DNA of 63,103 bases. Source: a virus (Duplodnaviria > Caudoviricetes). Under the pieces are notes generated by a model. The model was not told the DNA's origin and ran no database searches. It saw only the letters and a list, made by a program, of their open reading frames with translations. A program made the translations under genes and the position numbers. Positions 9,287 to 17,210 of the stretch are shown here, piece after piece. The stretch is from positions 1-63,103 of IMG/VR virus record IMGVR_UViG_3300048833_000065; one strand, 5' to 3'. The first letter of the stretch is position 1, and each line of letters begins with the position of its first letter.

Positions 9287-11124
9287 GCGACCTCCACGCT
9301 TCCGATCATCGCCGCACGGAATGACTTACGCGCTTCCGCGACCTCACTTTCGAAGTGACGCGAGAGGCGCGCAGTCGCAAGAACCGCCGTCAAGACAATC
9401 GCGCCAAAGCCCATCTTGATCGTCAGTTCATCGCTGACGCCAAGGCTCCGCATCGACAGCGCCGCCGCAATGTGGGTTCCGACCGTCGCATAGACGACGT
9501 TCTTTGCGTGGCGCTTCGCGATATCGTGAGCGACCGAGACAGGGACATTCGGCGGTGCCTTCTCAGCAATCGCGTCAACCACACTCAGGAAAAGCGTGTG
9601 TTCCTCGTTGAAGAAGGCGACGTTGTTGTGCTGCTCGAAATAAGCCGCCATGCCGCCGACACCCAAGTCTTCGAAGACGCTCGCGCTCACCCACTCATCT
9701 CGCGGAGCATCGATAGGAACGCGCCGCTTCGACGCTGGCTTATCGCCTTCATCCTGCAAGGAGCCGCGATTGCGCGTGGACGACTGGTCGTCGTTTGCAT
9801 CGGTGCGGACGTTCTGTGTATGACCGCCGTCGTCACCAAGATCAGAGCCGCTGCGGTCGCGAGCCAGCCCTTCAATCTCGTTCCGGAACTCACGCATGAG
9901 CTTGCGGAGATAGTCCCGAATGCTGGCGCTGTACTTATCATGCTGCGGCTCAAGGGCCTTTTCAATATCAGCAACCCACTGCGGTATATTGGTCCGGACA
10001 ACATCGCAGAAATCCTCCACATCAATCAGCGTGCCGTCGCGATAGTGCAGCGCGATCCGATTGATGTCGTTGAAGGCGACGTTGTCATCAAGCTCGACCA
10101 CAATCGAAACCTGAGTGAAGGAACGAACAAGGCCCCACTTCACGGCAAGGGGCGGCCACGCTTTCGAACCAAGCGTGACCCGTCCGACGTTCCTCGAAAG
10201 ACCCGCGTGGAGGCTGTGGATTTCATTGCGCCAGACGATGCCGCCAAAGGGCGTCTGACCGCCAGTCTGGCAGGGATCAAAGCGGCGGCTATAGCCGCCC
10301 GCGTCATACTTCGTTTTGATGAAGTGGATCGTGCCGTGTTCGAAGTCGATTGCGGAATAGTTGTCGGCGTGCTGCAAAAGGCTCCGCATACCAACGAGAG
10401 ACGTCCAGCTTCCCCATCCCTTGCTGCCCTTCGAACGCGTGATGCTGTGAGCAATCTTAAGGTCGACACCGTCATCAAGATCAAAAAAGCGAAACCCGAT
10501 GGCCTGCACAAGCCAGAGAGACGAAGGAAGGGCTGCGTCGAGGAATGGCCTTTGCGTCGTGTCCTGACCGACCTCATTTCCAAGCAGCGTGACTTCGGTC
10601 CAATCTGTTTCGAGATTGATGAAATCATAAAGACCGCCAGACGCATATTCACTCGTCACGTCGCGCACGAAGCTCGTTCCAGGCACCGGATTATCAACCA
10701 AGATACGACCGACCGTCTCCGCGTCGAGATCGGCGGCGAGCGTGACCTCAAGGACACGCCCTTCGACGCAAGAGCGATAGCGCATCCCTATTGCGTTGGA
10801 GAGGATCGAAGCAATCTTTGCGCCGCGCCCGAAGTTACTGTCGACCGCGTTCCGCTTGTCGATTGCCGCGTTGATATCCGAGAATTGCAAGAGCGAGCGT
10901 AGCGTCATGCCGCCACGGTTCCAGATCGACAGTTTCTGAACGCCGCCGATGGTCGTGCCATAAATGCGAATGAGGCGCTGGCCCTTCTGCTTGTCGCGGC
11001 AACCTTCGATGCCGTTCCGGACAAGCTCGCGGATCATCATTTCGCGCGCGCCCATCTTGCACTGACGCCACGCTTCTCCGGTGGGGTTATTGATCGTGAT
11101 CGGATCAAGGTAAATGCTGGTCAA
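9283..11124 (-). CDS. GHKL (MORC/Hsp90/MutL-fold) ATPase domain protein
   Basis: IRELVRNGIEG (N box), WNRGGMT (G1-like), SNFGRGAKIAS (G2), WTEVTL; TTG start with RBS. Confidence 0.7.
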   Translation of the reverse strand: MTSIYLDPITINNPTGEAWRQCKMGAREMMIRELVRNGIEGCRDKQKGQRLIRIYGTTIGGVQKLSIWNRGGMTLRSLLQFSDINAAIDKRNAVDSNFGRGAKIASILSNAIGMRYRSCVEGRVLEVTLAADLDAETVGRILVDNPVPGTSFVRDVTSEYASGGLYDFINLETDWTEVTLLGNEVGQDTTQRPFLDAALPSSLWLVQAIGFRFFDLDDGVDLKIAHSITRSKGSKGWGSWTSLVGMRSLLQHADNYSAIDFEHGTIHFIKTKYDAGGYSRRFDPCQTGGQTPFGGIVWRNEIHSLHAGLSRNVGRVTLGSKAWPPLAVKWGLVRSFTQVSIVVELDDNVAFNDINRIALHYRDGTLIDVEDFCDVVRTNIPQWVADIEKALEPQHDKYSASIRDYLRKLMREFRNEIEGLARDRSGSDLGDDGGHTQNVRTDANDDQSSTRNRGSLQDEGDKPASKRRVPIDAPRDEWVSASVFEDLGVGGMAAYFEQHNNVAFFNEEHTLFLSVVDAIAEKAPPNVPVSVAHDIAKRHAKNVVYATVGTHIAAALSMRSLGVSDELTIKMGFGAIVLTAVLATARLSRHFESEVAEARKSFRAAMIGSVEVA

Positions 11125-11167
11125 CCTACTGCTCCGTGGTAAAGCGCGGAACCGCCGCGCGCGGTCT

Positions 11168-11428
11168 TCACGCTCCCGGTTCGGAGAGCGTCAAATGAAG
11201 AGGCTGGATCATCGCCAGCCCGCCAATCGTGAGGATCACCTTGCTGCGCCCGACGATGACGCGGTTGCCGTTCTGGACGCGCGTTTCGAGACGCGTGAGA
11301 AGAAGGGCCTGATCCCGAATGAGAAGGTCGAAGATTTGCTCGACCGTCTCGCACTCGGTTTCGGCGGGCCACCACACATGCGCGGTGCCGTCCCGCGTCT
11401 TGACCGTCGTGGTGGCCGAGATCAGCAT
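11168..11428 (-). CDS. Hypothetical protein
   Basis: TGATG-coupled ORF. Confidence 0.6.
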   Translation of the reverse strand: MLISATTTVKTRDGTAHVWWPAETECETVEQIFDLLIRDQALLLTRLETRVQNGNRVIVGRSKVILTIGGLAMIQPLHLTLSEPGA

Positions 11429-11814
11429 CAGTTCACCAGCGCGTTGATCGTGGGATCGGTCGGCGACGGCTGGCGCGGCGCGCCCTTGATGGTTTCGAGA
11501 ATGATCTCCAACGTCCGCACCGTGTCATCGAAGAGGTCGGTCTGATCGAAGAGGCCCGCCTTGTGGGCGTAGTCGAGAAGGCAGCGCATCACCGTCTGCT
11601 GCCGCGCGGTTTCGAGGTTCTTGAGGCGCATGGTCATCGAAAGCGCGGTGCGATCCAGACCGTAGTTTTCGATCTGGTTCTTCACATAGGCACCGTGCTG
11701 GCCGACATACTCGCTCGCGGTCTGCTTGAGGCGCACGGCCTCCTTGATGACGCGATTGAGGTCTTGCTTCGCGACTGTCTTCTTCTGCGCTTCTTCCTTC
11801 ACGGTCTTTGCCAT
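11428..11814 (-). CDS. GapR-like (DUF2312-like) nucleoid-associated protein
   Basis: YGLDRTALSMTMRLKNLETARQQTVMRCLLDYAHKAGL resembles the GapR GFD...RLRK...LY..ALG pattern; GGAG RBS. Confidence 0.55.
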   Translation of the reverse strand: MAKTVKEEAQKKTVAKQDLNRVIKEAVRLKQTASEYVGQHGAYVKNQIENYGLDRTALSMTMRLKNLETARQQTVMRCLLDYAHKAGLFDQTDLFDDTVRTLEIILETIKGAPRQPSPTDPTINALVN

Positions 11815-11818
11815 CCGA

Positions 11819-12118
11819 TTAGCTCCAGGCTGTTGAACGAGAGTTGAGGGTCTGCTCGCGAGCCTTCGCGATCTGGCGCGTGTTCGGGCGCGGGACGCTT
11901 TCCGGCCACGGAAGATCATCGGGCCAGTTCTCGGCAAAGCGGCTGACGCTCCGGTCGTAGAAGCGGACGGAGAAGGTTCCGCCGTCGTGGATGCGGGCGA
12001 AGAGCTTGCTGTCACCGAGAAAGCGGCGGGCGACCGTGGAGACGCCCAAGCCCGCGTGGCGGGCGAAGAGCGTGGTCACCTTGATGAGGTTGTCGCGGAG
12101 GAGAGGCTCGTAAAGCAT
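11819..12118 (-). CDS. Cro-like HTH protein
   Basis: Small HTH (STVARRFLGDSKLF) divergent from the repressor. Confidence 0.7.
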   Translation of the reverse strand: MLYEPLLRDNLIKVTTLFARHAGLGVSTVARRFLGDSKLFARIHDGGTFSVRFYDRSVSRFAENWPDDLPWPESVPRPNTRQIAKAREQTLNSRSTAWS

Positions 12119-12272
12119 GGGCCGAGATATAATCGGATGCTTCCGATTTTGGCAAGGCCACTTCCGACCGATCTTAAACCACTAAAGGTCTTGGAACCTT
12201 CCGACGCCGTCGCCACTTGTCGGATCGTCCCGACAAGAATTGTGCTAACAGTCGGTTGGGAACCGACAGCTA
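12119..12272. promoter_or_regulatory. Lysis-lysogeny switch with several operators
   Basis: TCGGA-N4-TCCGA-type sites at 12133-12146, 12191-12204 and 12220-12233, variant at 12251-12267; - strand TTGCCA...TATATC promoter just before the cro ATG. Confidence 0.75.
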
Positions 12273-12911
12273 ATGGGAAACATCAATATGGCTCTGTCCG
12301 TAGGAGAGCGCGTACAGGCGCGCATGAGCGATCTACACACGAACTCGACAGAGGTGGCCCGCAGGGCTGGCCTCGAAAGGACTTTCGTCCATGACCTCAT
12401 TTCTGGACGCAAGAAGACCGTCACCGCCGAAGCCCTGATCGCGCTCGCCAAGGCGCTCCAGTGCCTGCCGGAAGAACTCGTCGGAAAGATGGGCGAAATC
12501 CAGCGCAACGCGGTGGAAGGGATAGAGATCGTCGGGATCATCGAACCGGAGGTCTGGCGCGGATCAGCGCCGCGCAATCTCGGAACGATCACGACTTCTA
12601 ACGACGGAAACCCACACGTAAAGGCGTTCGTGGTGCGCGGCGATGAGGCCGCGCCCATAGGGATCAGGGACGGAAGCGCTCTCGTCGTAGACATGTCCGG
12701 TGCGGTTCGCCCAGGAGACATCGCAGTTGTCGAAAGGACGAGAGACAATCTCAGGGAGCTATCACTGTGGCGGGTCGCGAACGGTGATGGGCCGACGATC
12801 CTGTCGTCACTCGACGGCAACCCTGAGAAGATCATCGAAGCGGGCGACGCGGTAAAGGTGATCGGGCGCGTGCAGAGGGCGGTCCTGACGTTCATGTCCT
12901 CGCTGCTCTAG
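12273..12911 (+). CDS. CI-like XRE repressor with S24-like C-terminal domain
   Basis: HTH STEVARRAGLERTFVHDLISGRK; C-terminal VVRGD...IRDG...GDIAVV...VIGRV. Confidence 0.8.
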   Translation: MGNINMALSVGERVQARMSDLHTNSTEVARRAGLERTFVHDLISGRKKTVTAEALIALAKALQCLPEELVGKMGEIQRNAVEGIEIVGIIEPEVWRGSAPRNLGTITTSNDGNPHVKAFVVRGDEAAPIGIRDGSALVVDMSGAVRPGDIAVVERTRDNLRELSLWRVANGDGPTILSSLDGNPEKIIEAGDAVKVIGRVQRAVLTFMSSLL

Positions 12912-12948
12912 TCTGGGGAAAACCACCCCAATCTTAAACCACTAGCTA

Positions 12949-12979
12949 TTGACAGCCGCTCGCGACGCACCCGTATAAT
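12949..12979 (+). promoter_or_regulatory. Sigma70-type promoter
   Basis: TTGACA (12949-12954), 19-bp spacer, TATAAT (12974-12979). Confidence 0.6.
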
Positions 12980-12985
12980 CGCGCG

Positions 12986-13150
12986 ATAGCGCGCGCGCGG
13001 CGACAACCTCTGAAGGTTACAACACACCACAAGCCGCAGCGGTGCAGGCGCGGCCTACAGGCCCGCGCCCTGACGAGACAACAACCTATCCCCGAGTTGA
13101 GATGCTTATAGATTGAGGAATACACGCGCGCGCGCGAGAACGCGCGCTTT
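12986..13150 (+). ncRNA. Candidate small RNA
   Basis: Follows the consensus promoter; no ORF; internal hairpins; ends in GCGCGCG-AGAA-CGCGCGC-TTT. Confidence 0.4.
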
Positions 13151-13235
13151 CCGTCTCACGGTCGGATGATGGCTCATATCTGATCCTGCGTCTTTCCGGC
13201 GCACTGTTTCCCGCGTCTCCTTCCAACTAAAAATC

Positions 13236-13287
13236 TCGGTCTTATCCGATCAAGGCTCTTGCGGAACCGGAAATATCCGATTACCTT
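13236..13287 (+). promoter_or_regulatory. Promoter with two operator-like sites
   Basis: TTGCGG-N17-TACCTT with CCGGA-AATA-TCCGA in the spacer (13267-13280) and TCGGT-CTTA-TCCGA (13236-13249). Confidence 0.6.
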
Positions 13288-13342
13288 CCGCGCATCGCCC
13301 AGGCATGAGCCAGGCGGGAAAACCAGCCACGGAGACTACCGA

Positions 13343-14554
13343 ATGATGAACATCGTTTCCCCCATCGCCACGGAGGCCAGCGCGCCTGTCGGGGCGCGCG
13401 CCGTCGATACAGGACGCGGCCAAGCCAACATGATCGCGTCGCGGCAGTGGATCAGCCGCCCTGCCGATCAGAAGTTCCTCTCCCTCACCGCCCTGCGTGA
13501 CAGCGTCCTCGCCCGCCGCGAGAAGAGCCGCGAGCAGCGCGTCAACAACAAGGGTATCGAATTTTTCTCCAATCCCGAGCCGAAGAGCATGGCCGATACC
13601 CATGACCTCTGGATCGGCCTCAACGACGGCAGCGAGATCACGCCGTCCCATTGGTCCTTCGGCCAGCTTTGCTCGCTCGCCAAGGCCCCGGCCTCATACC
13701 TCCGCACGCTCCCGGCGCAGATCGGAAGCGACGCGCTGACCTTCGGCCTTCGGCAGGCGCGGGACGTCGAAGAGGTCAAGCTCTACCATGACAACGAGAC
13801 GCTCTTCGCCGCCACAGGCCCCGACTACGGGCGCATCTTCGATCAGGAGGTGGTCGAGGCGGTCATGCAGATCGCGGGCGACGGGACGGGCGACACGCGC
13901 TGGAAGGTTCCCGGTCGCCTCGATTGGCGCACGATGCAGTATGACCCCGAACACCCGATCACCATCGACACCACGACGCTGTACGCGAGCGACCGCGATG
14001 TCTGGATCATGCTCACCGACGACCGGAACCCGATTGAGATCGGCAAGCTCCGCAACGGCGAACCCGATTACCTCAATCGCGGTTTCATCATCACGAACAG
14101 CGAGGTCGGCAAGAGCGCGCTCAAGATCTTCGCCTTCTACTTCCGCGCCATCTGCTGCAACCACATCCTTTGGGGGGTCGAGAACTTCCAAGAGATCAGC
14201 CTTCGCCACAGCAAGGCGGCACCCTCGCGCTTCATCGAAGAGGCCCGCCCCGCGCTGGCCTCCTTCGCAGAGGGATCGGTGACGCGGCTGGTCGAGGGCG
14301 TCGAGCGCGCCAAGGCGATCAAGCTCGCCAGCGATCAGGACGAGGCGCTGACCTTCCTCACCGAGCGCAAGTTCAGCCGCGCGAAGGCGCTGGCGATCCT
14401 TGAGACGGGCGAGAAGGAAGAAGGCGAGCCACCGCGCACGGTCTGGCAGATGGCTCAAGCCATCACCGCAGACGCGCGGGCGATCCAGAACACCGATGAG
14501 CGGGTGGAACAGGAACTGGTCGCCAAGACCATCCTCGACAAGGCAGCGGCGTGA
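13343..14554 (+). CDS. DUF932 domain protein
   Basis: QWISRPADQKFLSL, WSFGQLC, SDRDVW, RGFIITNSEVG, ICCNHILWG; RBS GGAG. Confidence 0.75.
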   Translation: MMNIVSPIATEASAPVGARAVDTGRGQANMIASRQWISRPADQKFLSLTALRDSVLARREKSREQRVNNKGIEFFSNPEPKSMADTHDLWIGLNDGSEITPSHWSFGQLCSLAKAPASYLRTLPAQIGSDALTFGLRQARDVEEVKLYHDNETLFAATGPDYGRIFDQEVVEAVMQIAGDGTGDTRWKVPGRLDWRTMQYDPEHPITIDTTTLYASDRDVWIMLTDDRNPIEIGKLRNGEPDYLNRGFIITNSEVGKSALKIFAFYFRAICCNHILWGVENFQEISLRHSKAAPSRFIEEARPALASFAEGSVTRLVEGVERAKAIKLASDQDEALTFLTERKFSRAKALAILETGEKEEGEPPRTVWQMAQAITADARAIQNTDERVEQELVAKTILDKAAA

Positions 14555-14560
14555 AGGGGG

Positions 14561-14587
14561 CGGGGCGGGCCTAACAAGCCCGCCCCG
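14561..14587 (+). terminator. GC-rich stem-loop after DUF932
   Basis: CGGGGCGGGC-N7-GCCCGCCCCG; no U-tract. Confidence 0.4.
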
Positions 14588-14597
14588 TAGATCGCCA

Positions 14598-14906
14598 ATG
14601 AGCAGGGCATTGATCTTGAAAATCGAACGCGCAACGAAAACGCAATGCGACGAGGTTCGCCCCGTCATCGTCGCCCTTATGGCGCAAGACCTTCTCGACC
14701 ACGGCGTCGATCTGACGAACGACGACGCGGTGATTTTGAATTTGCTTTCCAACCGCCATTCCTCGCGCTGCATCGCGGCGTGCATGGATGAGGCGGTCAA
14801 GGTCGCAACAATCCTTCAAGGGTTCATCCATGAGCAAGATCACGGCGGAAAGTCTCGGCATCAAGAAGACGCTGCAAGTGCGGTCGATCACTGTCGCCTG
14901 TCCTAA
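14598..14906 (+). CDS. Hypothetical protein
   Basis: ORF starting MSRALILK in the + operon. Confidence 0.5.
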   Translation: MSRALILKIERATKTQCDEVRPVIVALMAQDLLDHGVDLTNDDAVILNLLSNRHSSRCIAACMDEAVKVATILQGFIHEQDHGGKSRHQEDAASAVDHCRLS

Positions 14907-15012
14907 AGGCGGCTACAAGAACACGCGGATCGTGAAGCGCAAGGTCAGCCTTGCGAGCGTTCCCGGCGTTGACGATCCCGAGCCGTCGCCGCGCGACTTG
15001 CGGCGGAAGTAA
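14830..15012 (+). CDS. Hypothetical basic protein
   Basis: ORF starting MSKITAESLG. Confidence 0.45.
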   Translation: MSKITAESLGIKKTLQVRSITVACPKGGYKNTRIVKRKVSLASVPGVDDPEPSPRDLRRK

Positions 15013-15150
15013 CGACGAACGCGCGCGCCGCTTCTCCGTGGGGCGCGCAAAGCGGCGGCGAGGGTGGTTCCTTGTCGTCCAACGGGCCGCGCGGAAGTGG
15101 ACACCGCGCGGCCCACCCATCAACTTGGCGCTTCTTTGAGAGGGTCGGCA

Positions 15151-16005
15151 ATGACTTCACTGGATGAAAGCAAGATCAGGGCGCGCGTGTTCGATGTTGT
15201 CAGGCGCATCATCGATATTCCACCCGCATCCGGGAGCAATCTCAAAAATCTCCGCAAGGACTTTCTTCGACCGCCTCCGATGAAGGAGTTCCAAGGAATT
15301 GATCCAGTTCTTCTGTACAAGGATCAACGCCAGTGGTTTTTTCATCCAAGGGAATGCACCCCGAAAATCCTGTGGCCTGTTGATGTTTGCGTAATTCAGC
15401 CGAGCGGTGGAGACGATATTGGGCTTCTTGTTCAAAGGTGGCGCAGCATCCAGCCTAGGGAGGTCAGGGGATACGCGAAGCTAGTAAGCCCCTATATGAT
15501 GCGTCGAGATGTTGGCGCGGAGAGCGCGGGGCAGTTCGTCACAGTGTCAAGTCTTCATTCCTACATCGGTGGAAGATGGCCCTTTGCCGATGCCCAACCG
15601 ACGAGCGACAATTTGCTTGACGCTGGCGGGCTTGCCATCGCCGTCGCCCTGCGACAGCGTTACGAGTGGGCGGTCAATATCGGCTTCGAAGATTTGCCTA
15701 GCGTGCGTATCGCGACCGATCCAACAGGAATGAAGGAGCTATTTCGCCTTCGCGATGTTGCTGACGGGCGCGACAGGCGCGACGCACTGATGACTTGGGT
15801 ATCCGATCATTGGCGCAAGGATCGCGTTGACCCGGACGTCGAAAGGTATGTTCGCAAGCACATGAGGGGAGCAGCTAAATTCGATTGGCGCGGTATGGTT
15901 TGTGAAATCAAGCCTTCTCAATTTGATCTAGAGCAGAGGGACGCTTTCCTGCAAGAGCGCGAAGCGATGCGAAAAGCAGGATCGGACAAGAGGGTCTCCG
16001 CGTGA
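15151..16005 (+). CDS. Hypothetical protein
   Basis: 284-aa ORF with C-terminal HWRK...VRKHMRG motif. Confidence 0.65.
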   Translation: MTSLDESKIRARVFDVVRRIIDIPPASGSNLKNLRKDFLRPPPMKEFQGIDPVLLYKDQRQWFFHPRECTPKILWPVDVCVIQPSGGDDIGLLVQRWRSIQPREVRGYAKLVSPYMMRRDVGAESAGQFVTVSSLHSYIGGRWPFADAQPTSDNLLDAGGLAIAVALRQRYEWAVNIGFEDLPSVRIATDPTGMKELFRLRDVADGRDRRDALMTWVSDHWRKDRVDPDVERYVRKHMRGAAKFDWRGMVCEIKPSQFDLEQRDAFLQEREAMRKAGSDKRVSA

Positions 16006-16400
16006 TCCGCGCGCCAACATCGAAGGATGAAGCCTTTGCATGGTGGAGCCTCGCGCTTCGCGGCAAGGCGGTCATCGTCAGCGACGAGCCTCAGTGCGGG
16101 TTCTTCAAGCGGAAGCTCGTCAAGGACGGCCCTTTCGTTCCGGCGCGCATCTGGCTGGATCAGGACGTCGATCCCGAGACGGGCGAGCTTTGCGACGACG
16201 AGCGGCTGCAATGCGAGGTCAACGGCAGCTATGCCGATCCGTTCGACGCGTGGGGCTGGCTCTGCGGCAATCCCATCACCGAGCAGGAGTTCAGATACAT
16301 GGAAGCGATGCGCGAACACGCGCTGCGCCATGAGCCGGATCACCCGATGAGCGATCCGCGCAAGCCGATCAACAATCTTCAAACGCCGATTTTATTCTAG
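16002..16400 (+). CDS. Conserved phage hypothetical protein
   Basis: PQCGFFKRKLVKDGPFVPARIW motif; GTGA coupling. Confidence 0.7.
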   Translation: MIRAPTSKDEAFAWWSLALRGKAVIVSDEPQCGFFKRKLVKDGPFVPARIWLDQDVDPETGELCDDERLQCEVNGSYADPFDAWGWLCGNPITEQEFRYMEAMREHALRHEPDHPMSDPRKPINNLQTPILF

Positions 16401-16412
16401 GAGGACCAGCCA

Positions 16413-17198
16413 ATGGATGACGTGCTTTCAATGCAGGGCCACAACAGGCCACCGCCCGATCTTCTGACGGGCGAGGAGCTTCGCGCGAAGCTGGTCGAGG
16501 AGCATGCCGCCCTCGCCGCTCGCCGCGATGAACTGCTCGCCGCAGGCAACCGCGTCCCGGAGATCGACAGCGAGGACGTGGCCCGCAAGGTTTCGGACTT
16601 CATCGGGCAGATCGCAGCGGCTGCGAAGGCCGCTGACGGCGCGCGCGTCGCGGAGAAGGAGCCATATCTCAGCGGCGGGCGGGTCGTGGACGGGTTCTTC
16701 AAAGGGCTTACCGATCCCCTCGAAACGCTGAAGAAGAACGTCGAGAGGAAGCTGCGCGATTATCTCCGCGAGAAGGAAGCGGCAGAGCGAGCGCAGCGCG
16801 AGAAGGAAGCGCGCGAGGCTCGCGAGCGCGAACTGGAGGCCCGCCGCAAGGCAGAGGAAGCCGCCCAGGCTGCGCGAGATCAGGCGTCGCTCGATGCCGC
16901 CATTGCACAGGAGAAGGCGGCAGAGGTTGCCGCCGCCGACGCGGAAAAAGCGCAGCAGGCGGCAGAAGTGAAGCCCGCAGAGTTGAGCCGCACGCGCGGC
17001 GAGTTCGGCGCGGTGGCGAGCCTCCGCACTTACTGGACCTTCAAAGACCTCGACCGCAACGCCCTCGACCTTGAGGCGCTGCGCCATCACCTCCCGACCG
17101 AAGGTCTGGCGCAGGCCGTCCGGTCCTTCATCAAGGCGGGCGGGCGTGAGTTGAGGGGCGTTGAAATTTACGAAGATAGCCAAGCAGTCGTTCGATAG
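16413..17198 (+). CDS. Coiled-coil protein of the recombination module
   Basis: GHNRPP N-terminus, long E/A/R coiled coil, RELRGVEIYE C-terminus; strong AGGAGG RBS. Confidence 0.7.
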   Translation: MDDVLSMQGHNRPPPDLLTGEELRAKLVEEHAALAARRDELLAAGNRVPEIDSEDVARKVSDFIGQIAAAAKAADGARVAEKEPYLSGGRVVDGFFKGLTDPLETLKKNVERKLRDYLREKEAAERAQREKEAREARERELEARRKAEEAAQAARDQASLDAAIAQEKAAEVAAADAEKAQQAAEVKPAELSRTRGEFGAVASLRTYWTFKDLDRNALDLEALRHHLPTEGLAQAVRSFIKAGGRELRGVEIYEDSQAVVR

Positions 17199-17210
17199 GA
17201 GAAAACGAAC

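Noticed and set aside
12171-12188. CtrA box
   Set aside because: Only one TTAA half-site; no TTAA-N7-TTAA in either copy of the repeat
13070-13077. Hammerhead ribozyme core (CTGACGAG)
   Set aside because: No stem II followed by GAAA and no suitably placed cleavage triplet
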